Positions 38,194 through 52,270 of a stretch of DNA of 64,000 bases are shown here, piece by piece (position 1 is the first letter of the stretch; each line of letters opens with the position of its first letter). Origin of the DNA: Dictyostelium discoideum (Eukaryota); assembly GCA_000004695.1 (NCBI GenBank), contig CM000153.2, positions 4,832,001 through 4,896,000 on the forward strand, given 5' to 3'. Under the pieces are notes generated by a model. It ran no database searches. It saw only the letters and a program-made list of their open reading frames with translations, and was not told the DNA's origin. A program made the translations under genes and the position numbers.

Positions 38194-38526
38194 TTATTTG
38201 TGTATAATTTTAATCAAAAATAATAATTTCAAAATTACTTTTATTTTAGTATTTCTTTTTTTATTTATTTTTTTTTAAAAATTCCAACATTTTTAGTTAA
38301 TTTAGAACAAAAAAAAAAAAAAAAAAAAAACATGACCATGAGATGACTTTTCAATCGAATTTTTTGATTAATACATAAAAAAAGTTTTTTTTTTATTTTT
38401 TTCTTTTTTTTTATTTTTTTTTTATTTTTTTTTTATTTAAACAGATAGAAAAAAAAAAAAGGGGTAGAGTCTTTTTTTTATTTATTTTTTTTTATTTTAT
38501 ATTTTATATTTTAAATATTTTAAAGA

Positions 38527-39049
38527 ATGTCAAAAGTTAATGACTTTGGGTTTTCAGAAAGTAATGGAGATGAAGTTGGTATTACTATGAGTACACCATT
38601 TTTAGAGAGTGACAATAGTAATACACAAAGTATTAGTGGTAGAATAGGTAGTAATAATAATAGTAATAGTAAAAACAGTGGTGGTATTGGTAGTGGTGGC
38701 GGTATAAATATTAATGGTGATCCATATGGTAATAGTGGTGGTGGTGGATCAAAAACAAGTAATAATTTCGGATCGGGTACAATTGCATTTATGAAAGGAT
38801 TAACTCATCCAGTAGCAGCATCAGTACATGTATTATTCAAATTATCAGCGATTTTATTATATTTATTTTCAGGTTTATTTGGTGGAGGTTTCATCCTTAC
38901 ATTCATTCTATGTATACTTTTATTAAGTTTTGATTTTTATAGTGTAAAAAATATAACTGGTAGACTATTGGTTGGTCTCAGATGGTGGAATCAAGTAGAT
39001 CCAAAAGATGGTTCAAATAAATGGTATTTTGAAACTGCACCAGAGGTAA

Positions 39050-39145
<96 letters not shown>

Positions 39146-39540
39146 GTATTAATTTTTTTTTTTTTTTTATATATTTATAAAATTAGGGTCATAGAGTTAA
39201 TCAAATTGAATCATTAATTTTTTGGATTACATTATATGGCACACCAATATTCTGGATTTTATTTTTTTTAAAGTGTATAATTTCTCTTCAATTTGCTTGG
39301 ATTTTAAGTATGGTTATAATTTATACAATTAATTTTTTATTGTTTTTCCAATTTCCTAATTTTTTTTTTTTTTTTCCTTTTATAATAAATTCAGTACCAA
39401 TAATAGCATTATCATTAAATATGGCAAACGTTTATGGATTTTATAAATGTTCAAATAGTAATGTTTCAAACGCAGCTGCAACATTTGCATCAAACTATAT
39501 TGGTAGATCACTATTACAGCGTGCAAGTTCATTTATGTAA
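38527..39540 (+). CDS. Golgi membrane protein TVP23 (FAM18 / DUF846) homologue. Exons 38527..39045 and 39187..39540, with a possible extra in-frame 87-nt intron at 39308..39394.
   Basis: 'THPVAASVHVLFKLSAILLYLFSGLFGGGFILTFILCILLLSFDFYSVKNITGRLLVGLRWWNQVDPKDGSNKWYFE' carries the TVP23 core motif 'GR.LVGLRWW…dG.s.W.FE'. Donor 'gag|GTAATA'. The intron contains (ATT)n. Acceptor 'aaattag'. Confidence 0.75.
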
Positions 39541-39671
39541 AAAAAAAAAAAAAAAAATATAAAGAAAATAAAAAAGTAAAATTAAAAGTAATAAATAAAA
39601 GTAATAAATAAAAGAATGGGAGGAGGTAAAGAATAAGATAAAGAAAATAAAAATAAAATAAAAACATTTAT

Positions 39672-42659
39672 TTATTTAATATTTCTCATTTTACCAATTA
39701 AATTACAAATATTCTTTTCAGCATTTGTTAGCAAAGATATATTATTTGTATTATTATTATTATTATTACTATTACCATTATTATTATTATTATTGTTATT
39801 ATTATTATGTAATTGTTGATGATAAAATGAAGTAAAAGTATCACGATTCATTTCTAATAATGATTGAGTTTTTTGTAATAAAGGTTCAGCACTAACACCT
39901 AAAGCAGATAATACATTAAATAAATAACCAATATCATTACTAAGTTGTTGACATGATGGTTCATTTAATGTTATAATTTCAACTATTGTTTGTAAATATA
40001 ATTTTTCAGTTGCTTTTGCTACAATTGTAATCCATTGATGAGCAATACCATCTTCCAATTCATCATCTTCATCATTTTCATCATTTTCATTATTATTATT
40101 TGTATTAATATTAATATCTTGATCAGCATCTTGTTGTTCTTTTTCTTGTTGTTGTTCTTTTTCTTGTTGTTCTTGTTGTTGTTCTTGTTTTTCTTTTAAT
40201 TTTTCAATTAATAATTGTTCATCATCAAATTGTTTTTCTCTTTGATATTGAATTAAAAGATTTTGATAAAAATCATCTTCAGAATTCGAGCATGTTTTAA
40301 TTGGATATTGTAATGATGTTGATAATGAAAATCTTGTTAATTCTTCTTCAGAGTATGGATCTAATTGTTGTGGTATAGTTAATAAATGATCAGTAATTTG
40401 TGATATGTAACTTAGACCGCCGCCACCACCACCGCCATTATTTTGACTTGGGTTATTATTATTATTATTATTATTATTCCATTCATTTGAAACTATTTTT
40501 GGTAATTCCTTTAATTTCAATTTAATGAAATAAATTAAAGTTTCATATACAAAATGTTGAGAAATTGATAAAAGTTTTGAAATTTGATTAAATGATTCTT
40601 GTAAAAGTAATGGTTTCTTTGAAATTGATTGATCTTTTGAAACTGATGATGATGATGATAGTGGAAGTGGTGATGATATTATATTCTCTAAATTTTGTAC
40701 ACTAATTTGTAATTTTTGAATTTTATTTAAATCTTTACCTAATAAAAATTTTCTAATATTACAAATGAATTGATCATTATCATTATTACTACTACTATTA
40801 TTACTATTATTACTATTACCAAGATAATGAATAATATTTAAACTAGTTGAATTATCAAATTGTTGAAATTTATTTAAAAGTTGATGAATTGATTGAAGTA
40901 AATTCATTGCACCTTGAAAGTATTCCCAATTTTGTAATGTTGCACTTGTTCCAACACTATTACTATTACTATTACCACTACCACTACCACTTCTTGAATG
41001 ACTTCTAGTATGACTATTTGTAAGTTTTTTAACTGGATCAACTTCACCATTAATGCTTGATGGTGTATTTATTTGTTGTTGTTGTTGATTAAAATTTGGA
41101 AAAGTACCACTACTACCAATAATATAATTTGTTGTTAAACCAGTTATAAATTTTAATTCATTAATTGTATCTCTTAGAATTAAAGAGATTTCAGTGAATA
41201 TTTGATTTAAAACTGTATTGACATAACTATCGATATCAGTTGTATGTGTGAAATCAAAGAATCTTTCAATTGATTGTTGTGCGATTTGAAATGATTTTGG
41301 TATAAATTGATTCTCGATATTTTTAATTATATTTGTAAAATCAGCATTACCACTACCACCACTGCCACCACCACTCTTCTTTTGTAAAGTTAAAATTGGT
41401 GAAATCGATTGCAATTGTGATTTAACTGATTTAATTTCATATTCACTAAATTTATTTTGAAAGTATTTATATGGTTCAAATATTACTTTAAATAATTTAT
41501 CTACTGCTGGTGAAGTAGTTGGTGTTGAAGAGGAATTAATTATGTTTGGAAATATTGGTGATAATGATTTTAAGAAAGAACAAGTTGTTTTATAAATTGA
41601 TAATAGTTCATTAACTTTAATTGGTTGTTGAGTTGTTTGATTGGCAATCGTAATGGCTTGATCAATTCTACTTTGAACATTTGGATTAATCGTAGTGAAT
41701 AAATGAATGATTAAATTCTCCAATACTTGAATATAATCTATTGGACATAATCCCGACAACCAATTGAATTCACTATTTATCATTACCAAAACTTCATCAT
41801 AAAATTTTGATAACCAATTATGAAAGTTTGATGATGACGATGACGACGACGACGACGACGAATAAGAATTCCATAATAATTTTAAAGGATCGATTCTAAC
41901 TTGATAATAATAAATAAAGAATTTATCTTGACGTTGAATATTTGTAAATATTTTTAAATAGTTTTTACAAGATTCTAAATCTTTTTGTTGTAATGATTGT
42001 TGAAGTGGTTGTTTTAATTGCGATTCTAAACGATCTTGATATACATTGAATTTCTTTGACTGTTCTCTAAACTCGGGTACGTCTGATAGGACTGATAATG
42101 ACTGTTTCACTTCTTCCAATTTATCAGAGATCATTAGGTAATCGTTTGATGAGAATAACTGGTCTACAGTTTTAGAGAAAGATAATAACTTCTCTGCCTC
42201 TTTTAACGAACGAATTGATATCTCCATTCTAGATTTCACCTGATCCAATTTCTCAATGACCGACACTGTCTCCATTGATTGGGGTGAATCATTATTCATC
42301 TCTCCGATTTTAGATGATATACTTTTAATACGGTTCTTTAAATGTAATGATTCTTTTCTAATTCTATCCACTTCTCTAATTGATTTTGGTACAATTAATA
42401 ATGATTCACTAGTTATACTCTCTAATGATATATTTAGTTCAATTTGATATAATTGTAATTTTGATAAATAGTTTGAACATATATTTTCAATTTCTAATTC
42501 TGCTTTTATATTATTTTGATCTGTTAATATTGATTGTTGATTAGATTTTGCATTACCACTACTACTACCACTACCACCACAATCACTTAATAAATTATTT
42601 ATCCATGTTTTTGAATTAAAATCATTTGAAGAAAATATATCTTTTAATTCATTATTGAT

Positions 42660-42713
<54 letters not shown>

Positions 42714-42716
42714 CAA
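39672..42716 (-). CDS. cog7: Conserved oligomeric Golgi complex subunit 7 (COG7). The first ATG at 42716 is followed by 17 Lys codons from a poly-A tract, so the probable true start is at 42662.
   Basis: 'DFNSKTWINNLL', 'VIEKLDQVKSRMEISIRSLKEAEKL' (human '[23 protein letters not shown]'), 'KFFIYYYQVRIDPLKLLW' (human 'QLLAYYYKCHKVQLLAAW'), 'SNDIGYLFNVLSALGVSAEP' (human 'ATDIDYLINVMDALGLQPS'). Confidence 0.8.
42661..42710. repeat. Homopolymer (T)50 (poly-A on the coding strand), fused to the COG7 5' end
   Basis: Direct inspection. Confidence 0.95.
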
Positions 42717-43041
42717 TCATATAAAATATATACATATATATTTATACAAATAATTTTTGAAACTGAACAACAAAATTAAATTTTTTTTTAAAAAAAAAAA
42801 AAAAATATCATAATTTTTCAAAAAAAAAAAAAAAATCTTTTTTTTTTTTTTTTTTTTTTATTTTTCCCACCTAAACTTTTAATTTTTATTTTTTTATTTT
42901 TTTTTTCTAATTTTTATTTTTTATTTTTCATTATTATTTGTATAAAATAAAAATATCTTTATACTTAATAACAAACTATTAAGTATATAGGGGGAAGGGA
43001 AAAATAAAATAAAATTAAATTAAATTAAATTAAATTAAATA

Positions 43042-45194
43042 ATGTCAGTCGAAATTGTTCCTTTACCATTAAGGATTAATGAAAACGAAAGTTTTTTATC
43101 ATATGATGATAGATTAAATAGAGTTGTATTTAAAACATCATCTGGATTTGGAGTAGTACTTTTAGATGATCCAGAAGCAAATAGAAGATATTATAGTTCC
43201 GATAAACCAATCATAGATGCAAAATTTTCACCAGATTTAAAATATTCTGCAATACAATTCTCAGATTATGATATTGTATGTATATAAAAACATATTATTT
43301 ATTTATTTATTTCTCTATATATAATACACATTTAAACAAATGTGTTAATACATATAATTATTTTTATTTTAAAATTAGGAAATATTACATTTAGAGAATG
43401 GTACAAGATATATTCAAACATGTAAATATAAATCTAGTAAAGCCACTATATTAGGATACTATTGGACCACAAAAGAAAATATACTATTAGTAACAAATGC
43501 ATCATTAGAATTATATGCAATGGGTTTGGATGGTTCATGTAAATTAGTTAAAGAAAGTAAAATTAAAATAACGAATTGTGTTTATTCTGTAAGTTTATCT
43601 ACATATATATACATTTTTTTTTTTTTTTTTTTTCTTCAAATTTTTTAACAACAACAACTAACATTAATAATAATATTATTTATATAAATATAAATATAAA
43701 TAGTTTAATTGTAATTTTGGAGTACTATTTTTACATTCAGGTGGTACATCAATTCAACCATACTTTTTTAGAACCAATTCATTTGATAAATTACCAAAGT
43801 TTAATATTGAAGGTAATGGGAATGGATTTAATATAAAGAATTTATATGTAACGAAATTACATGAAAAGTTTTTTTGTGTTTATGGTGATCAAGAGTATAT
43901 TTATCTATACGAGATGACATTAGAGACAATCTATAAGATTAAACCTATAAAGATATTATTATCAGGTCCAAATAGTATTCATTTCGTTGATAATTTAATC
44001 ATTGTACATAGTGAATTAAATATTTCAATTGTTTACGATTTGAAAACTATTCAACGTGATCGTGAACGTGGTCAAACTAATAAAAAAGAACCTGAATTTC
44101 CAATATCTGCAATACCAATGACACTTTCAACTATAAATAGTAATAATTTATTATATTTAATGAATAATGCTACAAAAACACATTCCACAACTTCAACTCC
44201 AATAATTAATTCTATTAATAATAATAATAATAATAATAATAATCCATCATCGTCATCATCACCTAGTAGTAGTAATAATTCACAATCATCATCACCAACA
44301 ATGATATCATCATATGAACAACGCCAAATTGATCAACATAAAGAACAACAATTACAAAAACCAAATGTTACATTATATTCAAAGAATTGGAGATTCATTT
44401 GTCCAAACTATATTTTCGATCCAGATTCTGGTATTTGGTATGAAGTTACATTAAACTTTGAAAAGATTTCAAATTTCCTTCAATTCGATTCTCATAAAAC
44501 TATACCTTTTCTTCAAGAACGTACTTTGTTAAGTGCAAAGTTTGCATTACTTTCGATCATTAAAACAATCATTGAATTTAAAACTGATACTCTTGATGGT
44601 ATTGGTAAAATTTATGATGATCTAAATAAAGTTTTATTTAGAACTACAAATAGACAATTAACTGAAAGTTTACATAAATCAATTAATCAACCAAATAATA
44701 ATAATAATAACAATAATAATAATAACAATAATAATAATAATAATACAGCACAAACTTTAAATTCAACTGGAAATCTATCAAATAGTATTTCAATAGGTGG
44801 AATGAATACATCAACTGATAATTTAACAACAACAACAACAACATCGTCATCAATATCATCATCACCATCAAATTCATTTATTGGTAATTCAAAAACCAAT
44901 GTAAATAATTTATCATATTTAAATTATAAAAAACAACAGCAACAACAAATGGAAAAACAACAACATATGCCAAATGATGATGAAGATTCTTTTAGTTTAA
45001 TTGGAGATGGTGGTAGTGGTGGTAGTGGTGGTAGTTTTTATAATACAAATACAAATACAACCTCAACTACCAATACCACTACTTCCCCATCTGGTAAAAG
45101 TAATAGTAATTTGAAATTATCACAATCATTAAATAATACACCAAATCAATCACCAAATAGTAGATCATCTTTAAATAATAGTAGTAATAATATA

Positions 45195-45248
<54 letters not shown>

Positions 45249-46196
45249 CATGTTGTACAAAATAGACAATCAAGAAGTAATCAATATATTTTAATTAACA
45301 GTCATGATATGTATGATTTCGTATTCAATCCAATTTATGAAAAATTATTAATTGAATCACAAAAAGAAAAAGAAAAAGAAAATGATAATAATAATAATAA
45401 TACCAATAATAATACCAATAATAATAATAATAATAATATTGAAGAATTAAATTCAAATGAAAAATTAGAATTAGATTCAAAATATTTAATTGCAGTGGTA
45501 ATTCAATATATTAAATCATTAAGTTTTAATCATTGTACTGGTATATCGGATAAATTATATAATCTATTGATTAGTTTATTAATTGATAATAATATGTTTT
45601 CAAGATTACATCAATTCTTACAATATTATGTAATCACTGATTCATTATCAATAGCTTATAAACTTTTATCAATTGGTGAACAATATCCACCAGTACTTCA
45701 ATTGTCATTGGATATGTTTAAGAGATTATCAATGCCAAATATTATCATCGAAACTTTATTAGAGAGAGGTCAAGTTATTCAAGCAATTCGTTTATTACGT
45801 TCAACAAAGGAAACTAATGAACAAGCTTATCAAGAGTTGTTGACCCCAACTTATCCAATTCAATTCTTGGCTAGTTCTTCAAATCAGTCCAATGATACTC
45901 TATTCTTTTCAGTGTTTAAATTCTTTGAAACTAATAATTTAATTATACCTTCACATCCATCCTTTGATAAGTATATAAAATTATTCATTGAAAAGTTTAC
46001 TGAAAAATCATTATCACCTCTATTATTAGATATTCTTTCAAATTTAAATAATAATAGTACTAGTGGTGGTGATATAACTCCAAAGAAAAATGTTGGTGGT
46101 AGTTTCTTAAATCAAAGTTTAAATAATTCTTCTCCAACTTTAAGATCTTCAAATTCTTTAAATAGTTCACCTAGACTTCAATATTCTAATAATTAA
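43042..46196 (+). CDS. RMC1/Mic1-like protein (C-terminal Mic1 domain; putative regulator of the MON1-CCZ1 complex), ~955 aa. Exons 43042..43275, 43379..43556 (or ..43588) and 43741..46196.
   Basis: C-terminal 'LHQFLQYYVITDSLSIAYKLLSIGEQYPPVLQLSLDMFKRLSMPNIIIETLLERGQVIQAIRLLR' matches the Mic1-domain pattern. Exon 1 donor GTATGT (43276). Acceptor 'aaaattag'. Exon 3 acceptor 'ttacattcag'. Only the weaker donor GTAAAA at 43557 gives an in-frame transcript (2868 nt). The strong GTAAGT at 43589 is out of phase. Confidence 0.5.
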
Positions 46197-46582
46197 TAAT
46201 TAATTATTTTAATTTTGGTTTTAAAAAAAAAAAAAAATTAAAAAAAAAAAAAAAAAAATTAAAAAACTCTGATCGATTTTATTTTACTCATCTCTAAAAT
46301 ATATAAAAATAAAAAAAATATAAAAAAATATATATATATATATATATAAAAATAAATAGTGTATATCTTTATAACTAAATTAATTTTTTTAGTCTTGGTA
46401 AAATAATTTTAATTTTTTATTATAAAAAAAAAAAAAAATCATTTGAAAAGTACATAAACTTGAATGATTTTTACAATAATAATATTAAAAAAAAAAAAAA
46501 AAAAAAAAGATATCTTATTTATATAACTAAATTAATTAATTTTATAATATTTGTAAATAATTATTTAAATAATTAAAATTTA

Positions 46583-47920
46583 TTATTTTTCAAATGATGA
46601 AGGTATTGGAAAAATTTCATTAAAAGTGATATCGAATAAATATTGAATTTCATCAGTCATTAATTCTATTCCATCATTTAAACATATTGAGTTTATAGTA
46701 AGTCTTAATTGATCAACTTTTTGAAATATTTGTTGAAAATTATCATTATTTAATTGAAGATATAATACATCGGATGTGGTTTTAATTGTACATTTTGAAA
46801 ATTTAATTGCAAATTGGTTATATAAATGTGCCATTTGGAAATCAGTTTTATTTCTAAAGAAATGTGAAGAGGTGATTTCTAAACCTGTGCCGAAATCTTC
46901 TTGCATTTTATACCATATCTTTCTATTGAAAACTTGAATTCCATGAGCTGGGAAATTTCTTTTATACTCTTGTCCATCTCCCCATATTATTGCCAATGCT
47001 CTATTTGTTAATAAAACTCCCATTGTATATTCATCAAATGATTTTGAATTTCCCGATTTTCCACCCAGCACGTCTTTATTAAAAAAAACAACTTGATTAA
47101 AATTTTCATCAAAATAATCACTTTGTTCAACTGGTCTACTTAAAATTATATCATCATTTAAATATAAAAAACAATTTGAAACTTCAATTGGTAAATTCCA
47201 AAAATTTGATTCAATTGAATTTGAATTAAATGATGGTAAATCTGATCTAATAATTTTAAAAAATAATGAAAAAAATAAATATAAAAATGAAAAAAAAAAA
47301 AAAAAATGAAAAATCTATTAATAATTATTCTTTGAAAAATGAAAAAATAAAAATTTAAAAATAAAAAAATTATAAATAATTTACTTTTTATGAAAATAAT
47401 CATCATGTGATATAAATCTAACATTTTCAGGATTTTCTATATTAAACCATGTCGGTATTTGATTTGCAGTAATTATAAAAATATTTTTAATCCATGGTGC
47501 ATATTGTCTAACACTTCTTAATGAATATTTTAATGTACCAATATCTCTAAAATTGGTTGTGGGTGGTGAATAACTAAAATTACCTATTCTTTGTATTTTT
47601 GATTCTTCATGTATTGGATCTGAGCCATTAACCCAAGTATAAACTAAATCTACATATTTACATTCTCTTGACATTATAACTTGTTTAATATTTCTTTCAT
47701 TTTCATTTAAACCAATAGGTTTTGATTTAAAATCATCATATATTTCTTTAGGAAAACTTCTATTACAAAATTTGAAAAAAATAATTAAATAAAAAATAAC
47801 AATTACCAATGTAAATATAATTGATTTTTTTTTATTTAAATTTTTTATCATTTTTTTTTTTTTGAATAAAATAAAATAATATAAAATAAAATAATATAAA
47901 ATAAAATAAAAAAAACCCAA
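46583..47920 (-). CDS. Stealth-family protein (GlcNAc-1-phosphotransferase / capsule phosphotransferase-like), paralogue A, 399 aa. Exons 47920..47385 and 47246..46583.
   Basis: CR1 'VDLVYTWVNGSDP', CR2 'LKYSLRSVRQYAPWIKNIFIITANQIPTWFN', CR3-like 'CFLYLNDDIIL'. N-terminal transmembrane anchor. Donor 'aaaaa|GTAAAT'. Acceptor 'aaaattattag'. 1200 nt, in frame. Confidence 0.75.
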
Positions 47921-48244
47921 AAGACACTAACTCTTGAAATTATTTATTTTTTTTCTTTGTCACTTTTTTAAATACTTTCAGAAAATAAAAAAAATAAAAA
48001 AAATAAAAAAATATATATTTTATAATAAATTGGATCAACCTATATGCTCAGAATGTCAAAAAAAAAAAAAAAAAAAAAAAAAAAAACAAAATAATTATTC
48101 TTTAAATTTCTTATGAAAACCCTGGTTTTTAAAACTAAAAATAAAAAATAAAATAAAAAAAAAAATTAAAAAAATTAAAAAAATTAAAAAAATCAAAATG
48201 CACAAAATAAAAATAGATTCGAACATTGCAAACGTTGTAAATGT

Positions 48245-48295
<51 letters not shown>

Positions 48296-48622
48296 ATTTT
48301 TTTTTTAAACACCAAAAGTGACTTGCACCAATTCCTCTAAAAAATTTTTTTTTTTATTTTTTTATTTTTTATTTTTTCATTTTTAAACCGCCAAAAAAAA
48401 AAAAAAAAAAAAAAAAAAACGAACCTTTTTAAAAAATAAAATAATTGATTTGAGTTGGACAATTTTTGTAAATAATTGTTAATAAACTCTAAACCCTCAT
48501 TTAAATTTAAACATATTGAGTTCATTTTATCTCTTTAATTTTTAAATTCCAATATCTATAAAACCAGGAGGTGGTGTTGGTGAATATTGTCAAACACCAA
48601 TACTGTTTTTTTTTAATTTTAT

Positions 48623-49941
48623 TTATTTTTCAAAATTAGATTTAATTGGGAATAGGAAATTAAAAGTATCATCAGATTTTTTTTGAAGATCATCATTAAT
48701 AAATTCCAAACCATCATTTAAACATATTGAGTTTGTTTCATCTCTGGAATTTTTAAGGATTTCTAATTTTTCATCAAAATTTTCATTATTTAATTGAATA
48801 TATAATACATCATCTGAACCTATAATTGGTTTTGAATATCTTAATGCAAATTGAATATATAAATGTGAGATTTGAAAATCAGTTATATTTCTAAACTTAT
48901 TTGAAGATGTAATTTCTAAACCTGCACCAAATTCTTCTTGCATTTTATACCATATCTTTCTATTGAAAACTTGAATTCCATGAGCTGGTATACTCCTTTT
49001 TCTATCTTGACCCCAAATTGAAGCCAATGCTCTATTTGAAAATAAAATTGCTTTTGAATATTGGTCATATAAATCTAGAAAATAGGCTTTTCTACCCATT
49101 AAATATTCCGTTAAAAAAACGGATTGTCTAAAATTTTTATTTTCATCAAAATAATCACTTTGTTTAACTGGTCTACTAAAAAATATATCATCATTTAAAT
49201 ATAAAAAACAATTTGAAACTTCAATTGGTAAATTCCAAAAATTTGATTCAATTGAATTTGAATTAAATGTTGGTAAATCTGACCTAAAAATTTTAAAAAA
49301 AAAATAAAATTACCATATTAATATTAATTAATTTATTTATAAAATTATTAAAAATTTAATTTAATTTACTTTTTATGAAAATAATCACTATGTGAAATAA
49401 ATCTAACATTTTCAGAATTTTCAATATCGAACCATGTCGGTATTTGATTTGCAGTAATTATAAAAATATTTTTAATCCATGGTGCATATTGTCTAACACT
49501 TCTTAATGAATATTTTAAAGTATTGAGATCTCTAAATGAAGATGGTATATATCTATTTACAGAGATATCATCAGCTTGTAAACTCATTCTAGTTTTCTTA
49601 TGACTATCGATATGTTTTGGATCTGAACCATTTACCCAAGTATATACTAAATCCACATATTCACATTCTCTTGATAATACAATTTGTTTTATTCTTTTTT
49701 CTTTTTCTGTTAATTCTATTGGTTTTGATTGAAAATAATTATAAATTGTATGTTCATCAAAAACTTTATTTTCACCATTAATCGTGTACCCAATTCTATT
49801 AAATAAAACAAATGGAAAATCTATATCTCTTAATTTACAAAATAAGAATGTATTACTTATTATTACTATTATTACAGCTATTAAAAAAACACCTCGTTTC
49901 AGTAGGTATTTTGGTATTCTCTTTGTAGCAGACAGCCTACT

Positions 49942-49988
<47 letters not shown>

Positions 49989-49992
49989 CCAA
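48623..49992 (-). CDS. Stealth-family protein, paralogue B (~411 aa counted from the second ATG at 49944). Exons 49992/49944..49370 and 49283..48623.
   Basis: Same CR1–CR3 motifs as paralogue A: 'VDLVYTWVNGSDP', 'LKYSLRSVRQYAPWIKNIFIITANQIPTWFD', 'CFLYLNDDIFF'. Identical intron position with donor GTAAAT. The first ATG is fused to a poly-A tract encoding K15. Confidence 0.75.
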
Positions 49993-50203
49993 CTTTACAA
50001 TTTAGTTAATTTTCAGTTTAATAAATATAATAAACTATTCAATTATTACTGTTACAATTATTATTACTGTTATTTTTTTTTTTTTGTTTTACCAGAGGAA
50101 AAAAAAAATTAAAAAAATTAAAAAAATTAAAAAAAAAATGTCAACTAAAAATAAAAAATATCTTAAATTTCAAAAAAAACCGATTAACATGAACAATCTA
50201 TTG

Positions 50204-50260
<57 letters not shown>

Positions 50261-50438
50261 TATTTTCGTTCAACCGGACAAATCCAATTGTTTGAAAAAA
50301 AAAAAAAAAAAAATTTTTTTCGACGCAGTGCAATAATATATAAAAAAAAAAAAAGTGAAATTTAGAGAAGAAAAATAAACAAAAAAAAAAAGATACTTTT
50401 TTCATTATTTTGTTGAAATAAATTATTTTTTTATTTTT

Positions 50439-50902
50439 TTAAATTTTATTTTTTGCTTCTAAAACGAATTTCTCTTCAAATTTATTCTTTGGTGTCATTG
50501 AGGCAGCAATGGTGTAATATTCATTTGCTTTTTCATATTGTTTTAATTGAGTGTAACAATCAGCGATTGAAACTATACATCTAATTAAAGTTGGATCAAT
50601 TTGATAGGAACTTAAAAAATAATCCAATGCTTCTTGGTATGTTGCATTTGGCACTTTACCAAATAAAGCATTTGCAACACCCCTCTCAATCCAACTTATT
50701 GATGCCACTGAATAACTCCATCTTCCTAATAAAAATAAGGTTATACTATCATTTGGTCGTAAATTTAAAGATTTTAATGCATACTCTTGAATTTTTGGTG
50801 CATTTCCCACTTTTTCTTTTGAACTTAAAAATTCACCTAATCCTGATGTTGAAATTGCCCACCACTTTATTATTTATTAATATTATTAATAATATTTTTT
50901 TT

Positions 50903-50936
<34 letters not shown>

Positions 50937-51209
50937 ACATACTTTATATAAATCAGGATGTTCATTAGTTGGTATGAATTTATTTATTATTTCTAATGAA
51001 GTTTGAATATATTTTAATTTTGTATCTCTATCTTCTTCTAAATCACTTTGATTATAATATGCACGAGCTAATCTCCAATTGATTTCAACATTCTTATTGA
51101 CATTATCTTGGTCCTCTTGTTGATTAATAAATTCAATGATTTCATCATGTTTACATTGGTCATGTAATTTATCTGCTTTATTAATTATTTCTTCCATTGG
51201 TAAAAACAT
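50439..51209 (-). CDS. TPR-like protein of the regulator-of-microtubule-dynamics (RMDN/FAM82) type, 230 aa. Exons 51209..50943 and 50864..50439.
   Basis: Donor 'TATAAA|GTATGT'. Acceptor 'aataataaag'. Product '…EHPDLYKWWAISTSGLGEFLSSKEKVGNAPKIQEYALKSLNLRPNDSITLFLLGRWSYSVASISWIERGVANALFG…'. 693 nt, in frame. Confidence 0.45.
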
Positions 51210-51289
51210 TTATTTTACAAGTTTTTTATTACTATAATTATTATTTTTTTTATTTTTTAATTACCAAAATAAAATTTTTTTATTACCCC

Positions 51290-51329
<40 letters not shown>

Positions 51330-51826
51330 AAATATTTTAAAATAAAATAAATTAAAATTTTAATTCTCAATGCTAACACCAAAACTTGACACATTCTGAA
51401 AGTTATATATAACTCTTTTAATCTTTTCTTTTTTTATTTCAAAACACCACACATAATATTTTTTTGATTATTTATTTTTATTTTCATTTTTATTTTTTTT
51501 TTTTTTATTCTCACTTTTGTTTTAATTTTTATTTTATTTTATTTTTATTTTATTTTTATTTTTATTTTTTTTAATAAAAAAGAGGAGGAAAAAAAAAATT
51601 GTTAAACCATGTGATAAATTTTCAGACACATCATACGAACAACACTTAACTATACGCTCTTACTCAAACATATGCATACATGTAGTGTGCCCAATATTTT
51701 TGGTTTTAAAAAAGAGAAATGTTTAAATCCTAAAATAAAATGTATTTTTTATTATTTAATTATTTATTTATTTAATTAATTATTTATTTTTTTATTTGTA
51801 TTTTTTTATTTTTATTTGTTTTATAT

Positions 51827-52270
51827 TTATAAAGCTAACATTGAGAGTAAAGCAAGGGCAAAAAGAGCAAAACTAGCACCAATTCTTGTAGAATCAGAAG
51901 AGTCAGACTCTGAAGAGTTTGTTTTGTCTGGAACACAAACAACTGAGTATGTTGTAGTACCAATTGCAACTTTTGATTTACCATCTACACAAGTAAATTC
52001 ATTTGAAGAAGTAGGAGTTGCAGCACATTTTGTATCTTGAGCACCAAATTGATTAAATGTAAACTTTGAGGTAGAACCAGTTACTGGTAATACATTAAGA
52101 ATTGAACCACAAGCAGATTGGCAAGTATTAACCTTTAATTCAACTGGTGTTGTTACACATGGAGAGCTGGCATCTGAATTTGTAACTTGAAAATTTGAGA
52201 AAGTTTCAGCTGCATTTGAAGAAGCAATAATTGCTACAATTAATAATAATAATGGTTTAGTAAATTTCAT
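51827..52270 (-). CDS. PsA (prespore antigen D19) / ponticulin-like GPI-anchored cell-surface glycoprotein, copy 1 (147 aa)
   Basis: Signal peptide 'MKFTKPLLLLIVAIIASSNA'. Cys pattern C…C…CG…NQFGAQDTKC…FTC…VVC, as in PsA. Ser/Thr-rich linker 'NSSESDSSDS'. Hydrophobic GPI tail 'ASFALFALALLSMLAL'. Confidence 0.7.
   Translation of the reverse strand: MKFTKPLLLLIVAIIASSNAAETFSNFQVTNSDASSPCVTTPVELKVNTCQSACGSILNVLPVTGSTSKFTFNQFGAQDTKCAATPTSSNEFTCVDGKSKVAIGTTTYSVVCVPDKTNSSESDSSDSTRIGASFALFALALLSMLAL

Noticed and set aside
42662-42716. N-terminal 'MIKKKKKKKKKKKKKKKK' on COG7 and 'MEKKKKKKKKKKKKKKK' on Stealth B
   Set aside because: These are produced by reading a 5' poly-A tract in frame. The real initiators are almost certainly the next ATGs (42662, 49944).
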